A stretch of 64,000 bases of DNA, from contig NC_068983.1 of assembly GCF_001194135.2 (NCBI RefSeq), positions 157,515,007 through 157,579,006 on the forward strand, in the 5' to 3' direction. Under the pieces are notes generated by a model. The model was given only the letters and a program-made list of their open reading frames with translations. It searched no databases and had not been told where the DNA came from. Shown here in pieces: positions 13,354 to 25,987 of this stretch. Source of the stretch: Octopus bimaculoides (taxonomy: Eukaryota). A program made the position numbers and the translations under genes. How positions within the stretch are numbered: position 1 is the stretch's first letter; every line of letters begins with the position of its first letter.

Positions 13354-14929
13354 CTAAAAAAGCAAATTTTATAAACATTTAAATTTTACAAACACACAAG
13401 ACAGACAGGTAGATACCTGTAAACAACTTTATCTCTTAAAAATTTCATATTGCATTATTTTCATAAATGCAATGTTATATTTGTATACTGCTGCAGGTGT
13501 TGTGTTGTAAACTTCAACCTGTAAACACAACACTTAATTTTACTTGTCGAAAACTAATTAGGAAATTAAAATAATGAACTAATTATGACTAGCTGTAACT
13601 TGCTATCATTAAAATTTCATTTTTATTAACAAAACATTTTCTACATATATTTTCCCATGCTGGATGTCCATACTATTGCTGGGTGGGAGACTTAACCCAC
13701 TGACTGGTTTAATACCCAGATGGGGTACGCTGGGTGCCTTTAGCAGAGTCTATTCTGTTGCAAGTGTTTGGACTAAGTTTCCAGTTTGAGGACATCTTCC
13801 TTCTTCTCACCTTCAGAGGCCCTATCACAAGTCATGGGTACTACCTTACATCCTATCTAAAAGATAAAAAAAAAACTCACTCAACTAAGAAAAGAGTGAA
13901 CAGTATTTTGTCAATGAAGCAATCTTGATAAAAAGTTATGTACACTGCTCAAGGGCACATAACTGCTGAGGCTAGTAATCCAGCACCTTATCTTTACAGC
14001 TTTTGTGCTTAAAAGTTGGCAAAACAAGGTTGTTTCTTATCAAATTACTTTCTCCCCACTGAAAAAGTGGTGATTGATGAATTGACTGGATTTAGATTGC
14101 CTTCTCTTCTATTACACTTATTAGACTAAAGCAAATCATGAGGGGAAAAAAGCTCTCAGAACACAACGAATTGTCAGTTGCACTTTATGAACTTCATATT
14201 ACATCATCATCATCTCCACAGTGTGAAACTGTACTGCTCTGGTATACGAGTTTAACACTTTGCAAATGACTGATAAATCACTGTCACCAAATAATTGAAG
14301 TACTGGATTAACAACTATTTTCAAGTAGTTGATTTAATTCAACATAATTTTACTAATTGCGAGTAAAGTGACTTCTAAGTCTTATAAGGGAACATGCTAT
14401 AGTCAATTACTTTAATCACAATGCAGAGGGACAGAGTGATTGGCCGTGAGAGTTGACAGTAGTATGATAGATAAAGCAAGGCCCACATTGTGTTACCATG
14501 CAGCAGTATCATACAATCTGTTCTTCACTCAAAGGAAAAAGCTTTTTACAACCAGCAGAGGTAATAATTCTTTAAAATCTTTTCAGTTTGTTCTTACCTG
14601 GGTAATATACATTCAGAACAACCATTAATTATGTCACCTTGGCAACAAAAACTATTAACTACTTTTAGTGAGCTTTCTGAGCATTTAAAAGAATTTATTT
14701 CTGGTGCACTGTTAGTGCTTATTGTCACTGTTGCATGTGTCACATACAAAGCCCACCTGTGATTCTGATACACCTCTTGTGTATGCATAATTTACATTAA
14801 GTATAGCATGCAGAGTTCCTACCAACTGAGCCAGACCATTTTCCTTGACAGTACCAGGGTCCTGTTTTTTTTTTACTACTTATTAGCACCATAGTCTTTG
14901 CTAAGTTTATCTTAAAGTCTCTCAATTCT

Positions 14930-15259
14930 AGGTTTTGCTTTCATATCTGGAATTTCTTCTCTAACTTTACTATAAATTCAGTAAAAAGAACTAGATAATC
15001 AGCAAGTAGGATTTCTCAAGAATCGTCAGCCTCAAGTTCCTCTATTGAGGGCCTGTAAATTTATGATAAATTGAGAGGGTTGAGGACTGTGCCTTGATAA
15101 ACTTCTACCTTCATGCTAAAGTCATTATGACCATCACTTTACTGACATCACCTTTGTATATAGTTTGTACAGCTTTCAAAAGCCATTCACATACTGACAT
15201 GCTGACAAATACTTAGTGGTTTACTCTTAATCAAAAATTTCTCTTGCAGTTACCTCATG
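14930..15259 (-). mobile_element. Decayed RTE-clade RT fragment, duplicate copy B
   Basis: Matches 542..870; by eye the only difference is one extra T (tatgagg vs tattgagg). Confidence 0.7.
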
Positions 15260-15701
15260 AGAAGATGGCATTTGTGGTACCCCTTGAGGGTATAAAACCA
15301 AACTGCATCTTATCTAGGTTAGTTCTGTTCCTAATCAATTGTACTATAACTCTTTCCTTGAGCTTCGTAGCCTGATGCAATAACTTGATGGCTTTGTAAT
15401 TTTTTCTTGCTAGTAAATATCTCCTTTACCCTAGTAGCAGCTCACATTCACATTGGTACTGTTATACCAGTCAGTGGGCACAATATTTCCCTGTGTTACC
15501 TGATTTGTGACCGTTTGGCATGTATCCCATTTTGCCAGATATTTTGATCATCTCAGTGACTATCCCAGTTAGTCCAGTAGCTTTTCCTACTTTTATATCT
15601 AATCCCTATCTACCATACTGTTGTCAATTTGAGTTGCTGTTCCCCCACTTGGGTCAATATTATAGCTTTATGTATGTGTGTGTATATATATATATTCATA
15701 A

Positions 15702-16578
15702 TTGACAGGGTCCCCCGATCCCTTATCTGGTGGTCAATGAGGAAACTAGGGATAGATGAATGGTTAGTGAGAGCTGTGCGAGACATGTACAGGGAAGCTG
15801 TCAGTAAGGTGAGGGTTGGCAATGAGTACAGTGAAGAATTCCGGGTTGAGGTAGGGGTCCACCAAGGTTCAGTCCTCAGCCCCCTCCTATTTATCATAGT
15901 CCTCCAGGCGATAACACAGGAATTCAAGACAGAATGCCCCTGGGAGCTCCTCTATGCTGATGACCTAGCTCTAATTGCTGAGTCACTATCAGAACTAGAG
16001 GAGAAGTTTCAGGTGTGAAAGCAAGGATTAGAATCAAAGGGCCTAATAAGTAGGAAAGTAGGCAAACCACAAACCCCTTCAGGTAGATGGCCCTGCTCGA
16101 TCAGTAGAAAAGGTGTAGGTAGAAACTCTATAAGACGATGTCCCCAGTGTAAGCTACGTACACATAAGAGGTGCAGCAATATGAAAGGAAGGCTAACTAG
16201 CAAGATAGTTTTTGTATGTGGCAGATGCTCAGGAGCAATAAACACTGAAAATATGCAGAGAACTACTTCTGCCACATTCCAGGGAGAAAAACTAGAAGTA
16301 GTTGATAGCTTCCGTTACCTAGGTGACCAAGTCAGTAGCGGAGGAGGGTGCGCTGAAAGTATAGCTGCTAGAATAAGAATAGCCTGGGCAAAGTTCAGAG
16401 AGCTCTTACCTTTGCTGGTGACAAAGGGCCTCTTGCTCAGAGTAAAAGGCAGACTGTATGATGCATGTGTACGAACAGCCATGCTACATGGCAGTGAAAC
16501 AGGGGCTGTGACTGCTGAGGACATGCATAAGCTTGCAAGAAATGAAGCCAGTATGCTCCAATGGATATGTAATGTAAG
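15702..16578 (+). mobile_element. RTE-clade LINE reverse transcriptase fragment (stops and deletion)
   Basis: GVHQGSVLSPLLF and LLYADDL motifs; downstream C-x2-C knuckle and FRYLG...RIRIAWAKF..L.KG...YDACVR.AML.GSE. Confidence 0.92.
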
Positions 16579-17240
16579 TGTCTCTTCAAATTGAGAATTG
16601 TTTGCAGAAAACAGTTATTTACACTCAAGTTAACCTTGGTGAAGCAGTTGTGATGGAAACCTTCCATCAGCAATCATTTGCCTTTTCATGTATCAAAGAT
16701 ATAACCTCTAATGTATACTTCCAAGTGATTGATTTTGGCACTATGTATTTGTAAGTATAAACTAGAGTAATCGTACAGAAATTCGAAGTCAATATTCTTT
16801 TCTACTCTAGGAACAAGGCCTGAAATTAAATCAACCCCAGTATGGAAGGGGTACTTAATTTATCAACCCCAAAAGGATGAAAGGCAAAGTCAACCTTGGC
16901 GGAATGTGAACTTGGAATGTAAAAACAGACGGAAATTTGGAGTCAATATTGACTAATTGATGAATTTGTAACAGATTTGATCATTCAAAACATAGATTCA
17001 ATTACTTAAAAGCTGTGATAGAAAAATTTATAATGGAATAGATTTTAAATCAGTTAATTAGTTAATAGGCAAAGCACACAAGAAAATTATGCAAATTAAC
17101 TTCAACTTTAAAAAGAGGAAAAGGCAAATTCAAACCTTCACAACCATTAATTTCTAGCTTTAACACATACTAATAAACAGCCATTTCCCTAAACTTGGAG
17201 AATTGGCTATAACCATTGCCTCCTACATCCAATGCCTTGT

Positions 17241-17503
17241 AAAAAAAAAAAAAAAAGCGCCCTTTTAAAGCCTAGCCAGGCTCATGGGCCCGGTTTCCCA
17301 GTTTCAATGGCGTATGTGTTCCCCAGCTGGATGGGACGCCAGTCCACCGCAGCGTTACTCATTTTTGCCAGCTGAGTGGACTGGAGCAACGCGAAATGAA
17401 GTGTTTTGCTCAAGAACACAACGTGTCGCCCGGTCCTGGAACCGAAACCACAATCTTACAATCATGGTGCTGACATCCTAACCACTAAGCCACGCGCCTC
17501 CAC
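17241..17503 (-). mobile_element. Full-length tRNA-derived SINE with 12-bp TSD
   Basis: Head gtggaggcgcgtggcttagtggttagg (A box) ...ggtttcggttcc (B box); TSD ccaatgccttgt at 17229-17240 and 17504-17515. Confidence 0.88.
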
Positions 17504-17949
17504 CCAATGCCTTGTGCTTAAGCAAAATACTATTCACTATTTATTAGAACACCACTATGCATTTGAAGGAGCTAAAAGACACTGCCAGTAAAATCAGGTT
17601 CATAATTGGAACAGCAGATATTTGATTAAAGATAAGAAAAAACCCCAGCATACCTGCAGCTCTATTGTCAGAACCACTTCCTTTATTTGGCTCTATGTCA
17701 ATAAAAATAATACCGAGGCAGGCTTATGTTGCAAGAAAGATCTTCCAGCCAAGACCAGCCTACCTTTTATTTAGATAAAGTATATAACACTATGTAATCC
17801 AATTTCTTTTTTGATACAGTAATTTAAAGAAGATCTAGTGCTGTTTCTTGATTGGTCTTACTGTTAGATCTATTTTATAACTTAAGTGAGTTTACCATTA
17901 TAAAACAAATATAAATTCTAATAAAACATCTGATATTAGTTCTGAAAGA

Positions 17950-18183
17950 AGCCCATTGTGTATATATAAATGTTTATGTTTGTGTGTCTGTGTTTGTCCC
18001 ATCCACCATCAATTGACAACCAATGTTGGTGTGTTTACGTCGCCATAAATTAGTGGTTTGGCAAAAGAGACCGATAGAATAAGTACTAGGCTTACAAAGA
18101 ATAAATTCTGGAGTCGATTTGTTCAACTAAAGGTGGTGCTCCAGTATGGCTGCAGTCAAATGACTGAAACAAAAATAAAAGAA
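17950..18183 (+). mobile_element. 3' half of linker-type SINE ending about 25 nt from the AK2 exon 2 donor
   Basis: gtttgtccc...ggcaaaagagaccgatagaataagtactaggc...gcagtcaaatgactgaaac. Confidence 0.8.
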
Positions 18184-18209
18184 TATATTTGAATATATAA
18201 AGATCTTAC

Positions 18210-18255
18210 CAGTTGATAAATGACACACTTTATAGTGATCCGCCAGTAATGGAGC
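18210..18255 (-). CDS. AK2: Adenylate kinase 2, exon 2 (46 nt; too short for the ORF track)
   Basis: tttactttTAG|GCT CCA TTA CTG GCG GAT CAC TAT AAA GTG TGT CAT TTA TCA ACT G|GTAAGA = APLLADHYKVCHLST(G), matching the AK2 motif APxLAxxxxVCHLxTG; phases 0 and 1 fit both neighbours. Confidence 0.93.
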
Positions 18256-18954
18256 CTAAAAGTAAAAATTAACACTGTTTGATGAAGTAATTAAAGTATA
18301 TATTGAGTTAAGCATTCTCATAAGACAAAATCAAACTACAGAACATGCCAAATGCAATATCATAAAATATAAGATATTTATATTTATTCAAGGAATATTT
18401 AGACTAGTAATTATGAGCAAGCGGCTAATAGAGCTTCTGCTTACTTATCAAATACATAACAGCTCATGTTTACGCTTCCAATTCACTCACAATTAGGAAT
18501 CTCAACAACACATTATTACTTTCCTTCATTGTTACAGTTAATGTTTGCATTCTTCTATGCCTTCAAGTCAATGCTCAATAAAATTAAACACTAATCTTAC
18601 CAGTAACAATAAAATAACTGCTGTAAGACTATGAAAGCAAACAGCTTAAACAATAGAGGTAAAATGGTTCTGAAACTCTCCTTTGTTTCAGCTCTCCATT
18701 CAAAGAGATTTACTAATGTATGTGAAGAGCTTGTCATTTAAACTTTCCACACAATCCATGTCTATAAAATTCAGAAAGCAAGTTTGGGCAAATAAGTAAT
18801 AAAACTTCAGGGGATCTTGAATTAATGGTAGAATAAAACAAGAGATAATCACAAACTAGGATACTTTAATTCTATCATCTTAAATGTAGAAGAAAAGAAA
18901 AAAGTATGGAGTGGTTAGTAAAATATAAAATGTATCCAAAAATACAAATGAAAG

Positions 18955-19945
18955 GAGTGACTGTGTGATAAGAAGCTTGCTTCCCAATGACATGGTTCCT
19001 GGTTCAGTCCCACTGCATGGCACCTTACACAAGTGTCTTTTACTATAGCCTCAGGCTGACCAAGGTAGATTTGGTAGATGGAAACTAAGAGAAGCCCTTT
19101 GAATATAAATCTGTGTGTGTGTGTTTGTATTTGTCCCTCACCATTACTTGAGAACTGGTGTAGGTGAGTTTACATCCCCATAATTTAGCGGTTCAGCAAG
19201 AAAGACTGACAGAATAAGTACCAGGCTTAAAAAATAAAGAGTACTGGGGGTCGATTCATTTGACTAAAATTCTTCAAGGCAGTGCCCCAGCATGGCCACA
19301 TCCTAATGACTAAAACAAATAATAAAATAAAAGAAAAGAATAATGCAAACAGCAAAATAAGTTTTCCTGATAGCTTACAATCTTCATCTTTTACCCTTTA
19401 CTTGTTGCAGTCATTAGACTGGCCATGCTGGGGCACTGCCTTGAAGAGGTCTTAGTCAAATGGATCTGCCTCAATACTTAGGGTTTTTTTCTTTAAAACC
19501 TGGTACTTATTCTAAGGGTTTCTTTTGCCAAACTGCTAAGTTATGGGAACGTAAACATACCAACACTGGTTAAGAGGTGGTGGAAGATAAACACAGACAC
19601 AAACACACAGATATATTTTCTTTTATTCTTCTACTTGTTTCAGTCATTTGACAACAGCCATGCTGGAGTACAGACTCAAAGGACTTTTAGTTGAACAAAT
19701 TGACCCCAGGACTTATTTTTTAAGCCTAGTACTTATTCTATTGGTCTCTTTTGCCGAACTGCTAAGTTACTGGGATGTAAATATACCAACACAGGTTGTG
19801 AAGCGATGATGGGGAGGACAAACACGGACACAAAGACATACACACAAATATATACATACAACAGGCTTTCATAAGGCTTTGGTCAGCCTGAGTTTATAGT
19901 AGAAGACACTTGCCCAAGGTGCCACACAATGGGACTGAACCCCCA
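18955..19945. mobile_element. Cluster of linker-type SINEs: one plus copy (about 18955-19335) and two minus copies (about 19405-19945)
   Basis: Same head, body and tail motifs as 2676..3034, in both orientations. Confidence 0.75.
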
Positions 19946-20018
19946 AAATTTATAGTGAACCAATAGAGTTTATAAACTCACGTTAGCTTGCTTCCATTCT
20001 GTATTTGTTTTTTAACGC

Positions 20019-20054
<36 letters not shown>

Positions 20055-20139
20055 CACTTCAAATTTTTGCCAACCTCACCTTACTGACAATAATAATTAT
20101 AATAATAGTTTCAAATTTTTCCACAAGGATAATCATTTT

Positions 20140-20322
20140 GGGGGAGGGGATGAGTTGATTACATCGACCCCAGTGTTGATCTGGTACTTATTTTATCAAC
20201 CGCAAAAGGATGAAAAGTAAAGTTGACCTTGGTGGAATTTGAACTCAGAATGTCGTGATGGGCGAAATACTAATAAGCATTTCATCTGGCGTGCTAACAA
20301 TTCTGCCAGCTCGCTGCCTTAA
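20140..20322 (-). mobile_element. tRNA-derived SINE, family 'ttctgagttcaaattcc..aggtcgactttgcctttcatcc'
   Basis: Reverse complement of the family at 39708, 44388 and 55660; further minus copies near 16800, 59290 and 60660. Confidence 0.75.
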
Positions 20323-20334
20323 TAAGAATAATAA

Positions 20335-21110
20335 ATGAAGTGCTTATGTTCAAGAACAAACATTGAGGACAAACTATGAGAAGTGCAGAAATGATAAAAC
20401 AACTGAGCGCGACAAATTCAGAATCTGTGGTGAGAGAGGGCTGAAACAATGTTGCACATTGTTAGTGAATGCTCAAAATTGACACGAGTGTAATAAGAAA
20501 GGTTACATAACAATGTGGCAAGAATGATCCACTTGGAGCTCTGTGGAAATTATGGCCTAGAAAGATCAAAGATATGGTATGATCAAATCCCAGGAGTTAC
20601 TGAGAAAGAGGATTGCAATGATTCAGTGTGACCATCAAATTAGACATTGGAAACCTGACATTATTGTAGTGAACAGAAAGGAAAAAAAACATGCCAGATA
20701 ACTGACATAGCATTCCTGGTGACAACAGGATCAAAGAAGAAAAAAGGGAAAAGTGAATAACTACGATAAACTGAAGTGGGAAATATGCAGGTTATGTGCA
20801 ATGATGAGAGTGAACTTGATACGAACAGTGATTGGCACACTTGGAATTATTAGTACCCAACCACCAGCACGGCTCAAAAAGATTGGTACAAATGTAAAGA
20901 TAGAACACCTACAAAAATCATCATTGCTTGGAACTGCAAGAGTTCTCTGCAGGGTTCTTGAAGTATGATCAACGAACAAGTGTTGCCTTAGTCTGCTGGC
21001 TGTGGGCAGTGGACACTTTCCATCATACCCAGTAAAATAAGCTGAGAGTTTTCATCAAAATAATGATAGTAACAATGATAACAACAACAATAATAATAAT
21101 AATAATAATA
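20335..21110 (+). mobile_element. R4/Dong-like non-LTR retrotransposon 3' end (restriction-like endonuclease relic) with (AAT)n tail
   Basis: HIVSEC..H.NVA..IH.ELC..YG; KPDIIVV; YDKLKWEICRL..VIGTLG; LQKSSLLGTARVL; short 3'UTR then (AAT)n. Confidence 0.75.
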
Positions 21111-21138
21111 GTATCTGAAACACCTCAGACCAGTTTAA

Positions 21139-21355
21139 CCCTTTTGATATCAACTTGCCTGAAACCATCACAGGTTCTATGATACAAACTCATTTTAAAA
21201 TGATCTTTATCAAAACCTTTCATCGAAAATTTCTTTGCTAATTTATGTTCCAAACACCAGCTTAAAATAAAGTTATTTTAATAAATTCTTCATTATTTAA
21301 AATTTTAATTGAAACAAATGAAGAGTATTTCAACAGAAATATGGTAACAAGAGGC
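21139..21355. mobile_element. piggyBac-like MITE
   Basis: TTAA|CCCTTTTGATATCA ... TGGTAACAAGAGGC|TTAA: degenerate TIRs with TTAA TSD. Confidence 0.55.
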
Positions 21356-21688
21356 TTAAGCAAATCAAAACTTATAACGAAATGCTGATGAGAGCTTCTT
21401 AAAACAAGTTTAAAAGAAAGAAAAAAGGATGAATACTTTGAGCAGCTCTTAACCACTCCAGCCCAGTCAATCCGTATTAGATTTGGAATGTGCAAAGGAT
21501 GAAATGAAAAAGACAATATCTTCCCAAAACAGAAAGTAAAAAGGACTAAGCACTAGCTTCAAAAACCACTGGAAGTGGATATTAAGAGGTTTCTTAATGT
21601 TTCACCACAATCTTTAGGGGGGGGGACGACAAGAATACAAGCACTTGACATGTAGAAAATAAGAAACTCTGATGAAATTATCAAAACA

Positions 21689-21738
<50 letters not shown>

Positions 21739-24479
21739 GGAATCTTTAGCCAAGCAGACTAGAGATAGAAGTCTAATGACTTGACTTAGGGGTTGTTATT
21801 GTTGTTTAACTTCATGTTAGCTCATACCAGATCTATGAACATCCTGGCTTTTTTGTGTATTAGAAATACATTGTGAAATGTGTCCAGTTCTTTTTTTAAA
21901 GATAAATGAGTGTAATTTGGAGAATAGCTGACTGTTACTTTTAGTGTTGGGATGTAACACAATAGCAATCATGGGCAAACTGCAGTGTATGGAACTTTCT
22001 GAATTTTTTTTCTTTCTTTTAGTAGTGCAGCCTGTCTGATGATGTATCAGTCCCATTTGGCCTGCTTCTTGAAAAGGTTGCCCACACCTGTACTATAGTA
22101 ACAAGTAATATTTGGCTAGTGATCACGTGATCAGTCAGTTAACAACCTTCCAGTTACTGTGCCCAAATATATGGGTGTATTAATTTCAGAATACTACAAA
22201 AATGTCAAATGGAACACTGATCAATAAAAGCAATTGTTTAACTATATTTCATTTGAAAAATCATAAAATATTATGACAGCATTGTAGATGACACAAATGT
22301 CATATTAAAAATCAGTAACTTAACAGTTTTTACTGTCATGCTTGGAAATGATTAATTATGATACACTAACTACATTTGTGGGAGAAATTTCTGGATTGTT
22401 TGTAAATATTTTACACAGGCAGCAACATATGCAAAAAATTTTCAAGTAATTGGCATTTCTATCTACAGCTCTTTTTCTATATGGGTAAACTGCTGCTATT
22501 TAATCAAAACAGGCTTGAGCTAACCATGATTTGCCAATGAGGTTCAATCAGAGGGAAATATAACCATAGCTCTCCTTTTGTCTGCAAACAATTAAATTTT
22601 CCTGTGAGCATGGAAATATATTTTGGGAAATAAATTCTTAATTTTTTAAAATTATCTCTCTGTTCAGTGAGAGTTAACAATTACTGCTGAGTCTTTGGTT
22701 TTTTTTTAAGGAAATAGCAATTAACCCTTTTGTTACTGTATTTATTTTGAGATGATCTGTGTTTCTTTCAATTGCTTTAAATATAACAAAGAATTTAGTA
22801 CAATAACTTAGTTATCATTCAGCTAGTGTTAGGAGCATAAATTGTGACTAAGGTTTGGTAGAAGATTTTAATTCAAAACTTATGAAAACAAGTTATTTGT
22901 ACTTTAAGGACTTGTAATTACATTTAAAAAATTCTGTTAGTTTAGATTTTGCCTGGACAGTTAAACCAGATTGAGCCATTACAAATAGTTCTGGGGTTTC
23001 TATTTGTACTTGGCTTTCATTTTTGTATTCCATAATCATCTTCAGATACCGAACAGGTATAAAAACATATGCTGTCAAATTCTTTATGAAATAGTACTCT
23101 TCTTGTAGATTTGATCATGAAATGAGCATGTTTTATAAAACATAATCAGGAGATCGCAACAAAATAGTTAAAAAATCTGCAGACCTAGCAGTTGCAAAGG
23201 AAAATAACCTGGTTATAAATTAACTTTGCAAGATAATGCAAGTAAGCTGTAGTGATCAGACATACAAGCATTCACAAAATAACATTAATTTTATCAATTT
23301 TGATGAGTTCAACATTCCTTGAGGTCTAAAATAAAAATACTAGATACAATAAGAAATGTAATTAAGAGCTGTATTTAACAATTAATAACAAGGTGAAATA
23401 AAACTTTATTGTTTAGTTTAAATACTATTCATATGGCCTTAAAGTTTGAAGAAAATCAAAATCATGAAAAATAAATTTCAAAGTTTCATCAACAAGTGAT
23501 GTTAAAGAAACCCCGAAATACGCTAGTTAATTATTAACACAAGACTGGAAATATGGTCTTGTCAATTTTGGTGGTTCTGAAAGCAATTTTTTTGCAAAAA
23601 TAATTGATAATTACCAATTAATTAGCATATAATAAAATAATGAAATGTAGCAATAAGCAACTCAGAAGTAAACACTAGAATATAGCTAAAAGGCAAAATT
23701 CTCTGTAAGAGGAGCTTTGTCTTTTTTTTTTTTTTCAATCTATAGAGAAACAGCTAAACTAGCCCTGTTTGTAAGGAACTATATAGGTTACATAAAAATA
23801 TATATTGTCATCTAAAATATTAGAGCTCAAAGTTTACCATTCATAGATCATATGTGAATTCATTCATTACAACTTAATAGATATAATTCAAATTTAAAAG
23901 ATAATCATACATGTATTTAGGTCATACAGTACTTGAGAAATATTTGCTAAAAGAACAATTGTAAAAACTATGAACACCCAAATCTGAATTATCTATGTTT
24001 AAATATGTTAAAGGTTGCTGATTATTGTTTGGAACAAGAAGCAGGAAATTAAAACAATATGATGTAACGACCACCTGCAGAAAACATGTTATAACCCCTA
24101 ATGGATTACAGATCACTAGTCATTGTCTGATATGTTAACAGCTAGCTACGCACTCAGACAATCTATCCTTCTTTTGTCAATTGATTATAAGTCATATGGA
24201 AGAAGTGAGTAGAGTGAACTAACTCAATCAGGAACTGAACTCAGATGCAGACTCGCTTTTCTGGGAATGTCACTACTTCATCAAATTTATATAAGAATAA
24301 AATAGAGCACAACAAAAGTAAAATGAGCTAAGGGAAATAACTCAACTTGATCAATAGCATTAATTTAGATAAATACTTTAAGAGGTGATGTACTGATATA
24401 ATTTCATGAAATTAAGAATTAATTTTACAGCAAATTTATTTACACACTTCTGATCTGTAATTGCTATCAGAGGGACAAC

Positions 24480-24518
24480 TTTGAACATGTTTCAGTCTTA
24501 GTGGGCCTCATCAGCATA
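24480..24518 (-). ncRNA. Minimal hammerhead-ribozyme motif (Penelope-type), degenerate, in AK2 intron 1 sense strand
   Basis: uaug-CUGAUGA-ggcc cacuaa gacu-GAAAC-AU-GUU-caaa; core intact, one mismatch each in stems I and II. Confidence 0.5.
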
Positions 24519-25725
24519 ATATAGCTACTCAAGCCTGTTTTGATCATTTGAGAAGAGTTTTTACATATAGAAAAAGTTAATTTTAGGACAGTAAAATGTG
24601 CATAATTTTTTTTTTAAATGAGCAAAGGGAAATAACTCTAGTGGATCACCAGCATCCTTTTTATGTTCATTTTCTCCTGCTTGCATGACTTGGCCAGGCC
24701 TTCTCCAGCATAGCAGCTTGCCACTTGTTGCCTTCCAATGTTATCTACTTAATGAGACTGAGTCTGTTGAGATGGTCTTCAGTATGTCCTCCCAGGTTTT
24801 TTTCCACAGCTACCTTCCACTTGCATGCATTAATACTTCTTTGCTCAGCTGTTATCATCCAAACACATTAAATGTCCAACCTACTATAATCTTTTCTCCT
24901 GAGCACAACATTTGATTCCTTATATCCAATTTTTCTCTCAGTTCATTTGTACATTATTCATGTACTTTAACATTACACACCCAGCTGTGCATGCTATATT
25001 TTTTTCCAGCCTCTGCCCAAAGCTTATATTTTGCTTACTATGCAACATTACACTTTATACACAAGCACCATATGATTTACCCTTTATTCAAACAGAGAAT
25101 CTCTCTCTTGCTAGTAGACATGAATTTAGATAAATATGTTAAGGTAATGTACTGAATGGAATAGATTGTGAGTTAAGTCTTTTGTAGGAAATTTGTTGTC
25201 TCAAAACACTTTTATTCTAGATATTTCAGCTAGCTATCGAGAACAGGTGTCAGACTTGTAATCACCCAATGATAATGTAAGGTTACGCAACTGATTCTGT
25301 CACCAATATTTTTAACTTGATCAAACCTATATGGTTCTGTTGTGCTTTTAAAATTTTATAGACAGTGGAGGATGGATAATCTTCCTGATCCTTACAGGCC
25401 CTCCCAAACTGATACAGTTGATTATATTTGGATTAAAGTTTTGTAGGCTGACAACCTTATGAAGCAAAATGTGATGCAAATGGATGAAGATAGCTGATAG
25501 CTGAATAAAAAAGTACTGATCACTTAGTGTAAATTGAGCTTAAAGTAGAGGAGGCTGATGAAGATATAGGACAAGCTTTTTCCTAATATCACTTCACTTT
25601 CTTACTACCTGAATGCATTTCTTTTGTTATCCATCCTACCTTCTTTAATACTGTCCTCGATACCCACTTTTTGCATTGATCACCTTCAACCACATCTCTC
25701 TCTCTCACTAGTCTTTTCCCTACTT

Positions 25726-25987
25726 AAATAAATAATAAATGCGCCCTTTTAAAGCCTAGCCAGGCTCATGGGCCCGGTTTCCCAGTTTCAATGGCGTATG
25801 TGTTCCCCAGCTGGACGGGATGCCAGTCCATCGCAGTGTTACTCATTTTTACCAGCTGAGTGGACTGGAACAACATGAAATGAAATGTTTTGCTCAAGAA
25901 CAAAACGCGTCGCCCGGTCCAGGAATCGAAACCACAATCTTACGATCATGGTACTGACACCCTAACCACTAGGCCATGCGCCTCCAC
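25726..25987 (-). mobile_element. Second full-length copy of the same tRNA-derived SINE
   Basis: Colinear with 17241..17503; TSD ttttccctactt / ttttctctactt (11 of 12 match); (ATTT)-type tail. Confidence 0.85.

Noticed and set aside
13497-13533. Intronic miRNA hairpin (gtgttgtgtt / aacacaacac)
   Set aside because: Only a 10-bp low-complexity stem; too short for a pre-miRNA and no recognised mature sequence
14150-14215. C/D-box snoRNA in AK2 intron 3
   Set aside because: The C-box match is part of an (ATG)n run and there is no terminal stem
17440-17503. tRNA genes (also 25925-25987, 39708-39800, 44590-44660)
   Set aside because: A/B-box heads continue directly into SINE bodies; no complete cloverleaf with a proper acceptor stem
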